From: Octopus sinensis
Taxonomy: Eukaryota
Assembly (NCBI RefSeq): GCF_006345805.1
Contig: NC_042999.1
Span: 64,914,001 to 64,978,000 of the forward strand
Direction of reading: 5' to 3'
Length of the DNA stretch: 64,000 bases
Of this stretch, positions 12,023 to 24,190 are shown piece after piece (positions within the stretch are counted from its first letter, which is position 1; the number at the start of each line of letters is the position of its first letter). The notes beneath the pieces are model-generated. The model saw only the letters and a program-made list of their open reading frames with translations, searched no databases and was not told the DNA's origin. The translations under genes and the position numbers were made by a program.

Positions 12023-12983
12023 TACTTAACTAACTATGAAGTCATCTAATCCTAAAAATAGTTCTATGGTGATCCACACCGCTGAAATAAGTATGGAAGA
12101 CATTGAAAAATAATAACTTATATACCCGTTCTGGCAGTTATCTACAAAATATTGTATCAATCTGTCGTATCTTCAACATGGAAGTTGCTACTTGATAAAA
12201 TTAACAGTTAATAATATTTTATAAAATATAGAAAATTATTATTTACCCACCAATATCGCACACATCCCATTTGCCTCCCAGTAAAAGTAATCCGAAAAAA
12301 AACCATTTTATAAAAAAATAGCTTACTCTAATATTATATCCTACAGCTTTGTCTAAGATGTTTCTGAACTCAAATTGCAAATTCAATTATGGTCAAGTCA
12401 TATTTAATATGTTATATATTATATTTCTAATATGTTATATTTGCAAGATGAACGACGATATGGTTTTAAAGCAGTGTTCTGATTCCCTGTGGTTGGATTA
12501 ATGTTAGAGGAAGATCGTCAGGAAAATATTAAGAAACTACGAATAAATATAAGATGAATCCCCCCAAGGGTAAGTTATTGTTGATCGTTTCACAGAGACA
12601 TTGCTGTTGGTGGTTTATGCTTATGATAGTTTGAATGTTCCGGAGAAATCAATAACGTTATTTCATTGGTGTTGTTGATTATATATAGAGAATAATATCT
12701 GAAATTCACAGAACATCATTAAACCCCAGAGGATATAGAAATGACGAATTTGATGGAGAGAGAGTATAAACTGTATAACATATCGATATTGCTTGGTAAC
12801 TCGTTTTTATCACTGTAAATTACATCGGAACTTGACGCCGGCTCGAATCGCTCCGATGAAATAAAGTAGCTGTAATATGCTGTGCTGAAGCCAATTGATT
12901 ATATTACCTTCTTGGAATCAGAGTGCATTTTGACGGGGAAAGGTTCCTTGATATGCCAGGGATTAGGGATCCATAGGAACAAT

Positions 12984-13155
12984 AGGCGCAGGTGTGGCTG
13001 TGTGGTAAGTAGCTTGCTTACCAACCACATGGTTCCGGGTTCAGTCTCACTGCGTGGCACCTTGGGCAAGTGTCTTCTACTGTAACTTCGGACCAACCAA
13101 AGTCTTGTGAGTGAATTTGGTAGACGGAAACTGACAGAAGCCCGTCGTATGTATG

Positions 13156-13211
<56 letters not shown>

Positions 13212-13420
13212 TCTGTGTTTGTCCCCCCAGTATCGCTTGACAACCGATGCTGGTGTGTTTACGTCCCCGTAACATTAACGGTTCGGCAAAAGAGAACGAT
13301 AGTATAAGTACTAGGCTTACAAAGAATAAGTCCTGGGGTCGATTTGCTCGACTAAAGGCGGTGCTCCAGCATAGCCGCAGTCAAATGATTGAAACAAGTA
13401 AAAGAGTAAAGAGAAAGAGA
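12984..13420 (+). mobile_element. tRNA-derived SINE, family A, full length
   Basis: Head GGCTGTGTGGTAAGTAGCTTGCTTACCAACCACATGGTTCCGGGTTCAGTC; internal microsatellite; tail ends in (AAAGAG)n. Confidence 0.9.
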
Positions 13421-13779
13421 AAGTATAGATATCAAGAAAGATATATACGAACAATAGAAATATTCCGATTCAGTATTAAAAATAATACTAAGTTCTATGT
13501 ATGTATGTTATGTATGTATGTTATGTATGTATGTATGTATGTATGTATGTATGTATGTATGTATGTATGTATGTATGTATGTGCGCTTGTGTATATATGT
13601 ATGCGTATATGGATGTAGGTATGGATGGATACATGTATGAATGTATGTGCTTCTCTATATATGTCTTTACGTACACATGTATATCTATGTGTTGATGCAT
13701 GTATTTGTGCATGGATAGATGCCTGCACGCATGCATATATGTACCTATGTATGAATAAATGTGTAACCATGTATATATA

Positions 13780-13968
13780 TCAGTCGCCATGATAGATCGT
13801 TAGCCACTACACACATGTTTTCTCTCCTTGTTTTTTCTGTGTCCCTTTCTGTAGAAGAGCGTAGGCTCGAAACGTAAAATAATTTTCCTATTCCCGAGCG
13901 TTATACTAATATATCTGTTTGTTTTGTATACCACCTGTCTTCGTCTTTTGTTTTTTTCGTGAACTCTC
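13780..13968 (+). mobile_element. Short (TA)n-associated element, family P, with a hammerhead-like motif at 13846-13879
   Basis: TTT-CTGTAGA-A-GAGC(GTAG)GCTC-GAAAC-GTA-AAA; homologous to 29305-29517 and 37428-37603. Confidence 0.7.
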
Positions 13969-14463
13969 TCTGTATATGTATGTATGTATGTATGAGTTAC
14001 ATGTTCTTTTACTAGTTTAACCAATTGAACTGCGCCCGTGATTACAGAATCACGGTATATTCAAACAAATTTCTGTTATGAGAATAAAAACACTTCAGTT
14101 CATGTTTGAAATTCATAGGGAGTCTAAAATATGAATTAAGAATATGAATTAAAATCTCAAATAAAAGATACACCTCCCCGCTAGTTGTGAAACTGACAAA
14201 CAGAATATCTTGCGCAGTGTGCATAAGAAAAGGGCATGTAACTCCTTGCTAAAATATAAATCATGATTGTAACTCAGAATTATTTCGCCTTTTTCACATG
14301 AAATAGTCAAAATATGTGTATATTTAATACATTTTGACCTGTCCTGACAGTCAGATATTTTATATAATATCTTAACTTGTATGGCCTAAAATAAGCCATC
14401 TAATCATAATTTTTCTTACGGACATTGTAATTTCGCTATACGCAGTGAATCGAACTTGTATAC

Positions 14464-14742
14464 ATCACCAACCAGGCTATCAGATGTTGCTACACATCGC
14501 TGGTCACAATGCGCTTCGCATTGTTTTAGCCTTCAAATGACGACACCCCGCTGGCTAAGCGAGTAGGCCAAAAGAAGAAAGAGTGAGAGAAAGTTGTGGC
14601 GAAAGAGTATAGCAGGGATCGCCACCACTGCCGGAGCCTCGTAGAGCTTTAGGCGTTTTCGCCCAATAAACACTCACAACGCCCAGTATGGGAATCGAAA
14701 CCGCGAGTCCGCTACCCTTACCACTGGGCCATTGCGACTCCA
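14464..14742 (-). mobile_element. tRNA-derived SINE, family B head with tail 1
   Basis: Homologous to 1797-2098. Confidence 0.85.
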
Positions 14743-15785
14743 CGTATACTTGATACCTTCCATAAATTTCTTCTTAATTTCTCATGTATGTGACGGTTAT
14801 GCTAAGCTGCATAATAATTACAAATTCGAATAGTTATTTTTATGCTTCAAACCATAAAGTTCATAAACCGCATCATTGCACAAATACCAGTATACTTCAA
14901 TAATTCCCAAGAAACCGTTACACAACGAGTATTTATTAATTATCATTGTAAAACTTCTGTTAAATTTATAAATATAATTCAAACCTGATATTACTCAATA
15001 ATTTACGTAACTATTGTTGTGTAAACTACAGTATGTTTAGAAGTCTTTCCACGCTACGTTACTACTTTCTGCCAACGTACAACTATTGTTTTTCCTTTAT
15101 CCGAGCATCTCCACTAATATCCATCTTTAATTAAATCTTAAATCCATTATACAAACTAATCACTAATCATATGCCCATAAAAGTTAAGACCATCTTCAGA
15201 ATACCATTATTGAATTAGATCGTATCTGCTAATACTCATCAGAAAACAAGATAATTAGCTTATTATATGTGAACAAATTCAACATTTACAGACACATACC
15301 TTTTCCGTGTTTTTATACTACATTTAGAAAACTTCTCTTTAAAGTATAACTTGAACATTATAGATGCGCATTACGCACAATTTTATTCTCTCAAACATTA
15401 TATTACATTACTAATGCAGACTCCTCTTAGTGTCTCTATATAAATTCTCGCAAGTACCTTTGTCAACATAAATTTATGCCTTCATCCAAATAATTCCATA
15501 GCAATAAAGATATTATTACACCTAACTCATTACAGCAACCGATTCCTTCGCTCCACATTAAAATGTATTTCTAAATCTATATCTCTGGTTGTTAGGCGCT
15601 AACACTTTTCTAATTATGCATACTCATAATATACAACTTTAATTAAACAATGCAAGTTTACGTTATTATGAAAATTTGTATCTAATTAGAAATCCTCTCT
15701 TTATATCAAATATTAAACGTTCAGTATAATTAACAATAGTTTATGAATATGCTAAACAATTTTTCTTGAAATAATACTATTCAAT

Positions 15786-15835
<50 letters not shown>

Positions 15836-16169
15836 GTGTGTGTGTGTGTGCACGTGTGTGTGCACGTGTGTTCGTGTGAGCGTGTGATTACTGAGAAGAT
15901 AGTAGTGTGTACTTGGCTCGAAAGATGTAACCATAGAAGGGATTGATCATATTAAAGGCTTGTCATCGAGTACCGGCAAGTTTATGATATTCCCCAACTT
16001 TGAAGGCTACCTCAATGCAGCCTAAGTTCAAAATAGTCCTACCAACTACCAGCAGAATAAGAGGACAGAAATCATTAACATAAAACACATGTAAGCTTTA
16101 CAAAACAAATCTTGAGGACTTCAACTACGTTATTGTCATCTGCGAGAGAATGTTTGCAGATATTATCTT

Positions 16170-16615
16170 CACATGTGGTATGATGCCTCGGTAAAGACAG
16201 TCTGGAACAGAAAAATAAAGGGAAACACCAATAAGCAAAAAGAATATTGGCGGAACTGTAAAATTAATAGAGCCACCAGGTTAAAACACAACCAACCCAA
16301 TGTTACTGCGTGGAACCATAAGAAAAATATGCTCAGTTGCGGAAATGAGTTGCCCTCTGGTCAACAATTTGGTCAGAAAAATAGGGGTAAAGGAGAACAG
16401 TTATGGAACCTGGAAAGGGGTGTTTGCAAAATCTGATCTAAGATATGTTTTGAGCTTCATACCGATTGTTGTTGGACTAACATGATACGTACCAACCCTT
16501 CTGAGGTAAAGTATGGCTGAAGTTGCGTTCTTGGGGAGAGAACACAACTTTTGAGTCATACACTACAAATGATCACGATATTTGATACTGTAAAAATCTG
16601 CAGGGCACCCATAAC
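16170..16615 (+). pseudogene. Decayed RLE endonuclease region of a second RLE-type non-LTR family
   Basis: Frameshifted LHMWYDASVKT...KHNQPNVTAWN / AEMSCPLVNN...KENSYG...SFIPIVVGLT, matching the PD...E.SCP.D.N...K...KY...PIVVG layout. Confidence 0.6.
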
Positions 16616-16640
16616 GTATTAAAGTTGGTGAACATAGTCG

Positions 16641-17025
16641 TAGTAGTGGCTGTGTGGTAAGTAGCTAGCTTACCAACCACATGGTTTCGGTTTCAGTCCC
16701 ACTGCGTGCCAACTTGGGCAAGTGTCTTCTACTATTGTGTCGGGCCGACCAAAGTTTTGTGAGTGGATTTGGTAGACGGAAACTGAAAGAAGCCCGTCGT
16801 ATATATGTATATATATATGTATGTGCGTGTATATGTTTGTCCCCCCAACATCGCTTGACAACCGATGCTGGTGTGTTTACGTCCCGTAACTTAGCGGTTC
16901 GGCAAAAGAGACCGATAGATTAAGCAATAGGGATATAAAGAATAAGTCCTGGGGTCGATTTTTTCGACTAAATACGGTGCCCCAGCATAGCCACAGTCAA
17001 ATGATTAAAACAAGTAAAAGAGAAA
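16641..17025 (+). mobile_element. tRNA-derived SINE, family A
   Basis: Full-length match to 12984-13420. Confidence 0.9.
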
Positions 17026-18175
17026 AAAAGAACAAAGCAAGCCGCTTTCTTTCGCAACCTTGCAGATGGCCGATCAAACTATAGCTCAGCTGAACGATAA
17101 TTCGAATTCCCTGTCAGCAACATACTTATTCAAGAATAAGTATGTCAGTAACATACTTGTATATATAACGTACACACGCACACACACACACACACACACA
17201 ACACACACACACACACATACAAAGAAAATAAAACAAGGTAGAAAATGCTAAAATAATTTTATCATGAAGCATATTTTGGTACTGATTTCCGGCTTTTAGA
17301 CTTTTCAACTAAGAGTAAAATATAAAAAAAAAACAATTAAATTGGAGAAAAAATTAAGTGAAATGTTTTGCAGATAATTCAATAGTGAACAAATAGGTAA
17401 CTATTTCCATAGTCTTCAAATCCCAGATCAAAAATACGGGAATACAAAAAAAGTGAGCACATCGATCTTTGCCCCACTAACGAACAACCCAGCTTAAGAA
17501 TTTTTCCCTTCTGTAAATTCAGGGAGAATGCAACCTATAATCAACGCATAAGCAAAGAAGCATTTTTTATCGCAAAATATAAACCTCTTTTGAATGCTTC
17601 CACTACAGATGAAACTAGTACAAGAATTTAGAACAATTCCAACCTCTACTGCTACGACGACCATAGGTGACTTTTAGGTCATTTGACCATTAATGAAGAT
17701 TCCACTAACAAGCTGCTGTGTCACACCACTCCTTTCTTTTTCTTTTCTTTCTCCTTCTTCTTCTTTCCCTACTCCTACTTCTCTTCTTTCATTATCTCTT
17801 TCTCCTCCTCCTCCTCCTCCTCCTCCTCCTCCTCCTCTCCTCCCTCAGCAGTTCCTCCTGAATCCATCAATTCTCTGTACTCATGAAACTATTTCTTTGT
17901 TACTACCTGCCTACCAAACATTCACAAAGGAAGAGAGAGAAAGAGAGGGGGGAGAAAGAGAGAGCCAGAATATTTGAAGAGTATGGAAATATTTACAAAA
18001 CATTTCTCCAGTTTAATTTTTTTTTAAATAATTTACTCTTAGTTGAAAAAATCTAAAAGCTGGGAATCGGTACTAAAATGTACTTCATGTTAAACTTAAT
18101 TTAGTATTTTCTACCTTGTCTTCTTTTCCGCTTACATGGCAAATCGTGTGTTACTTTTCTACCTTCTAAACATAC

Positions 18176-18244
<69 letters not shown>

Positions 18245-18250
18245 TATATA

Positions 18251-18453
18251 GTTAATCCAAACAAGAAAGCACAAGAAACACAACAACGCGAGGACGTGGA
18301 ACAAATATAGTATTATTGGACGCTCAGGAAAGAAGGAAAGAAGGGGGATTTAACGTTTCGAGCGGAGCTCTTCGTCGGAAACATAGGCGAAGGAAAGATC
18401 CAGAGAAGGGAAGACAGAGGGAAAAAAATCGCCAACGATACACACGCGGTCAC
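18251..18453 (-). mobile_element. Short (TA)n-flanked element with a hammerhead-like motif at 18348-18382
   Basis: Minus strand GTTT-CCGACGA-A-GAGC(TCC)GCTC-GAAAC-GTT-AAAT; core has C instead of U4; TA tracts on both sides. Confidence 0.6.
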
Positions 18454-18551
18454 ATATATATATACCGGAGTAAGCACATAAATGTGAAACAAGGTGGAAA
18501 AAAGAGTACTCAAATACCAGAGGTATGCTTTGTTTAAATACTTAAATAAAG

Positions 18552-18647
<96 letters not shown>

Positions 18648-19225
18648 AAGCGGAGAGAGAATATAAAAGGATACCTTATTATCGCATAAATTGGTATAGA
18701 TGCCTGCTGTCCACAACGGTCCTCAACTAGTACTCAACTAGCCGCCACGCGGTTGGGAATCAAACTTCTTACCACACAGCCATGCCTGCGCCTATAACAC
18801 ATACACACACACACACACATACACACACGTACACGCACACGTACACAAGTATATATACTTTCTTGAAACTGCATTCATTCACACCATTCCTATGTATTCT
18901 GTGTCTAATTTAAATTAATTGATTGTTTTGTGTCTTATAAGCAATAACATTTTCCATCTTTAACATTAACATTTCATTGCATAACATTAAACTTTTATCC
19001 GTTACCATATTACATAATTTTTTTCCGTGATATTCAATAAACTTTCACTTATAAAAGAATGTCTACCAAACAAATAAAATAAAACATTTAATATCCATAC
19101 AAGTGTTCTATGAAACTGTTTTCACAACTCATAAGGATCCTCTTTTATTCATTAAATTGGCCATAAAGACCTTACAAAGAAGGGAAGCTGGGGGCTGCAC
19201 AAGGACATAATGAGATGAAATGATA

Positions 19226-19457
19226 GACGAGCTGGCAGAATTGTTAGCACGTCGGGCGAAATGCGCAGCCGTATTTCGTCTGCGCTTACGTTCTGAGTTC
19301 AAATTCCGCCGAGGTCGACTTTGCCTTTCATCCTTTCGGAGTCGATAAATTAAGGACCAGTTACGCACTGGGGTCGATGTAATCGACTTAATCCGTTTGT
19401 CTGTCCTTGTTTGTCCTCTCTGTGTTTAGCCCCTTGTGGGTAGTAAAGAAATAGATA
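19226..19457 (+). mobile_element. tRNA-derived SINE, family D monomer
   Basis: Head GAGCTGGCAGAATTGTTAGC...GAGTTCAAATTCC; central GCCTTTCATCCTTTCGGAGTCGATAAATT; tail CCCCTTGTGGGTAGTAAAGAAATAG. Confidence 0.9.
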
Positions 19458-19925
19458 TGATAATAATGAGGGCAACAGCAACGCCCACCGATTGCTGTTT
19501 CATAAGAATCCCCTTATTACATTATTTTTCTATTACAACATAATTTAAGTTACACCCGATGAAAATTCTAGTCTCATGTTCCTTAACATTCTTATAAACC
19601 TGAAGTCTAAATAATAATTATTTTTCTCCACAACTTCTGGAACACAATAAGCACGTTTAATTTTTATTTGTATTTTACTGGTAAAACAGCTAAACTACTT
19701 AATTTACAAACCCATAAGTGCATATGGAAAATAGTTAGTTTTGCTTGGTATACTGAAAACTCGGTACTTAAATAACTAGTCAACGTATCATAAATATAAA
19801 TATGATTACATATTGATCAATTTCATACTGAATTCGTTATGCAATAAGAAAATTTTGATTGAAGACCATATACATGCATATATACATACATTCATATGTA
19901 CGTACATACATACATGCATACGTGT

Positions 19926-20248
19926 GAAGGCGCGTTGCTTAGCGGTTAGGACATTCGGCTCACAATTGTAAGGTCGTGAGTTCCATTCCCGGCGATGCGT
20001 TATGTCCTTGAGCAAGACACTTTATTTCACGTTGCTCCAGTCCACTCAGCTGGGAACAATGAGTTGTACCTGTATTTCTAAGGGTCGGCCTTGTCACACT
20101 CTGTGTCACGCTGAATCTCCCTGAGAACTACATTAGGGGTACACGTGTCTGTGGATTGCTCGGTCTTTTGCACGTTAATTTCACGAGCAAGCTGCTCCGT
20201 TGATGGTATCAGCTGGGACCCTCGTTGTCGTAAACGACTGAGTGCTCC
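19926..20248 (+). mobile_element. tRNA-derived SINE, family C head with tail 2
   Basis: Family C head and CORE-like domain joined to the same tail as 3931-4310. Confidence 0.85.
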
Positions 20249-20739
20249 TATGCTCCTATGCATATGTACGCCTACACATATATATACACACACAATCATG
20301 TCTACGCCTGCAGTCAACAATTCGCAACATACTCTCATATATGGATATATAGGTATGTATGCGTACCTATCTATACGTATGCATGTATGTATATATGTAT
20401 GTATATGGGTACATATGTATGTTTGTAAGTATGCATGTGTATATAAACACATATATATGCATCCATATGTACATACAAACATACATACATGTATATATTA
20501 TGTATTATGTATATTAGCATACTCGTGTCGTCAAGATTATTATCGGCTTTATTTGTTATAGTAAACGGTACATCAAAACAATCAGAAAAACTGATAACTG
20601 GCAGCAATGGAGTAATTATATGTAAATATACACAAATAAATTGCTTAAACTGTCAGACACGTATGTAACGTCTTGGTTGAAAATATTACTGTCCACGTTT
20701 TTCTTCCTCCGCTGTCCGTTGTATGTTGACGTCAACATA

Positions 20740-20845
20740 CTTATTTCTTTACTGCCCACAAGGGCCTAAACACAGAGGGGACAAACAAGGACAGACAAAC
20801 GGATTAGGTCGATTACACGGACCCCAGTACGTAACAGGTGCATAC
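20740..20845 (-). mobile_element. Family D SINE, 3' half
   Basis: CCCACAAGGGCCTAAACACAGAGGGGACAAACAAGGACAGACAAACGGATTAGGTCG. Confidence 0.75.
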
Positions 20846-20958
20846 TTTATGCACTCACAGTGCATAGGTCGGCACGGAGTTATAGTGCGGCTGAGCAGTA
20901 AGCTCCTTTCCACACAGCCATACATTCACACACCTCACATATAATATATATATATATT

Positions 20959-21031
<73 letters not shown>

Positions 21032-21736
21032 GTACACGTGTGTATGCATTTGTGTGTGAATGTGCTATTCTTTGCTTGGAAAATGTGTCAGGAAAAGCAA
21101 GCATGAAAAAGCGTACTAAAACGAATTGAAGAAAAAAAAAATGAAAAAAAATATATCTATACAAATGTTACGTAAGCAATATTTTGAAATAAAAAAATTG
21201 TCTGCAATATTTAGTTTTGTACATTTTTAGTTAGATGTGTGTGAGTTAATGTTGAAGTAAATAGAATTTGTGATACAACTTCTTCAGAGCAAATCCAGTA
21301 ATGTTTGCTTGCATTTAGCGTCTCCTACTGACACTCACTTACACCCCACTTGTTTTATTTTCCCTATGCCAGCGTGCCCACCGAGGCAGACATTGCGCTT
21401 CATTACATGTAATATATTTATATATATATTTATACATACACGAGCAACACGCCCCCCCCCGTCTAATGACGGTGCTGAGTTGTCAAACATTTAAACCAAA
21501 CTTTCTCAAAATAGCTTGTCCAACAGTCCCATAAGCCTCCCCTTTGAGAAACACTGATTTAACCTAAATTAGAGACACCAGCACAAGAAGAAATAAAGAT
21601 AGACTTTTTTTCTATTCCAAAGAAAAACGACTTTATTCACTTTATCGATCACATTCTCACCTGGAATCGATTTTTGTAATTTTTTCAAGACTTATACACG
21701 CCCTGATACCTATTTCTTTATTACCCACACGCCCTG

Positions 21737-21972
21737 ATACCTATTTCTTTATTACCCACAAGGGGCTAAACATAGAGGGAACAAACAAGGACAGACATAG
21801 GTATTAAGTCGACTACATCGACCCCAGTGCGTAACTGGTACTTAATTTATCGACCCCGAAAGGATGAAAGGTAAAGTCGACCTCGGCGGAATTTGAACTC
21901 ACAACGTAACGGCAGACAAAATACCGCTAAGTATTTCGCCCGACGTGCTAACGTTTCTGCCAGCTCTCCGCC
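21737..21972 (-). mobile_element. Family D SINE monomer with a 31-bp tandem duplication over its tail/flank junction (21697-21758)
   Basis: CACGCCCTGATACCTATTTCTTTATTACCCA occurs twice in tandem. Confidence 0.85.
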
Positions 21973-22741
21973 TTGATACCGTCGGTATCTACATATCAAA
22001 TTTGAGCGCAATCGGATGGAGAATGCCCGAGATCCTGGAAGACACACACTCAGACAGACAGAACGGATTTTATGTAATAGATATCATACCTAACATCATT
22101 ACGTATCATCTATTCGATTATTGAAATGATACCTATTTTACTTTCAGAGTATTGCAAACGCCTACAAGCAAAGTTTCCTTCCCGTTCTCACAGACAAATA
22201 ATCTGTCAGTATTATGGAGCGCCAAACAACTAGACAAGTTAAGGAATGCTTGGACAGTATTTAAATACAGTGTTTCCAGCAATGTCACAGGTGAATTAAA
22301 AACATCGAGTCTTGCCATTCACTAGGCGTGTTAGTAATGAGATAAACGATCTTCAACAGTGGCACGATCTTATTTAACGAACACGATTATTATCAATTGA
22401 ATAAACACTAGATCGTGGTTTGCGTGGCTCCTATGATAGAAACTAGACGAGATAAACAGGACGCCGGTGGTGTTTTGAATTCGGTATGTAAAGAGATGAT
22501 AATATAATAGCTATTATTATAATAATAACCGCAACAGAAATAATTAGGATATTTAAACTACCACTAAGAACTCTTGTAAATGCTGATTGTATGAATAGAC
22601 ATACAAAGAAAATTATAAACACATTCACAGAGGAGCATGCAAAAAGAAATAAAGTGACACTTGCTGTTAGTATGAATATTTGTATATACATTTCCATTTA
22701 TAAAAGAACTATGTGATACGTGTGTGTCTGGATATATATAT

Positions 22742-23150
22742 AGGATTGGCTGTGTGGTAAGTAGCTGGCTTACCAACCATGTGGTTCCGGGTTCAGTCCC
22801 ATTGCGTGGCACCTTGGGTAAGTGTCTTCTACTATAGCCTCGGGCCTACCAAAGACTTGTGAGTGGATTTGGTAGACGGAAACTGAAAGAAGTCCGTCGT
22901 ATATTTGTGTATATATATATATATATATAAGCGTGTGTGTATATGTTTGTGTGTCTGTGTTTGTCCCTTCCACCCCAACATCGCTTGACAACCGATGGTC
23001 GAGTGTTTACGTCCCCGTAACTTTAGCGGTTCGGCAAAAAGGCCGATAGAATAAGTACTAGGCTTCCAAAGAACAAGTCCTGGGGGCAATTTGTTCGACT
23101 AAAGGCGGTGCTCCAGCATGGCCACAGTCACATGACTGAAACAAGTAAAA
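22742..23150 (+). mobile_element. tRNA-derived SINE, family A
   Basis: Full-length match. Confidence 0.9.
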
Positions 23151-23856
23151 AGAAGCAAAAAAAGAAAAAAGAGTATATATATATGTGTGTGTTTGTGTGT
23201 GTATATGTTTGTGTGTGTGTGTTTCCATCTGCAAACTGCGCTCATACTTGTCGGCCGGGTCCATAGTTGAAGACACTTGCATAGAGTGACACACAATGGC
23301 GTTGAACTTGGATTCACGTGGTTGGGAAACAAACTTCTTATCACACACTTATACCTGCATTTATGTGTCTGTGTGTATGTGTGTTGTTTAAATGTTGTTA
23401 GGCCTCAGCATTTCATTCATGGAAAGGTCATTCAAAGACGTAGTGTTAAAATAACTCTATATATGCCCCAAACTAGGCGAAATGAATCACCCTGGAAGTG
23501 AACAAGAACGATATATATCGATATTTCGCTGATAGTTCTACTCATAGGTGCTGTGTAATCGAGTCCACTATCTAAAGGCATTCAAATCGCTGGTCGGAGG
23601 GATATCCAAATAGCATATATCCCGTGTACTGATGTGCAACAACGCCGCACCGGGAAAACAAAATTCTAATTTTAAACTAGAGTCCGCTCTTCTAATGTAA
23701 ACATCATGGATTTCATATCCCTAATGTGACACTCCTTTCCTTCAAATACAACACTTAGGTAATACTACGGTAATACTTATGTTATGCAGTTCATTAATAG
23801 CGTGCATTTGTTAGTTAAACAAATCCTGCGATTATAGTAATCCATTGAGGTATCAG

Positions 23857-24190
23857 AAGGCACATGGCTCAGTGGTTAGAGTGTAGAGCTTACGATCGTG
23901 AGGTTGTGGGTTCGATTCCCGGAGCGGACTGTGTATTGTGTTGTTGAGGAAGACACTATTTCACGTTGCTCCAGTTAACTCAGCTGTAGAAATGAGTTGC
24001 GACGTCACAGGTGCCAAGCTGTATCGGCCCCTTTGCCTTTTCCTTGGATAACACTGGTGGCATGGAGAGGAGAGGATGCTATGCATAGGCGACTGCTAGC
24101 CTTCCGCAAACAATCTCGCCCTTACTTGTGCCTCGGAGGGATACTTTCTAGGTACAATCCCGTAGTCATTCATGACCCGAAGGGAGTCTC
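23857..24190 (+). mobile_element. tRNA-derived SINE, family C head with tail 4
   Basis: GAAGGCACATGGCTCAGTGG A box and GGTTCGATTCC B box; homologous to 8730-9042. Confidence 0.85.

Noticed and set aside
12026-12081. Minus-strand 56-nt exon candidate
   Set aside because: The frame ends in a stop at the donor, and the donor overlaps a SINE head remnant.
13018-13307. Recurrent similar ORFs (MSSDVGGTN..., ...CHAVGLNPEPCGW) at many loci
   Set aside because: They recur because they are read from SINE copies, not from a gene family.
15215-15248. Minus-strand CTGATGA-GTAT(TAGCAG)ATAC-GATC
   Set aside because: GAAA is absent and stem I does not pair.
14760-15770. AT-rich block considered as a mitochondrial insertion or LINE RT remnant
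   Set aside because: No recognisable motif in the frames I translated.
17120-17145. 12-bp perfect hairpin ACATACTTATTC-AA-GAATAAGTATGT
   Set aside because: Short and AT-rich; plausible by chance or local slippage, with no supporting context.
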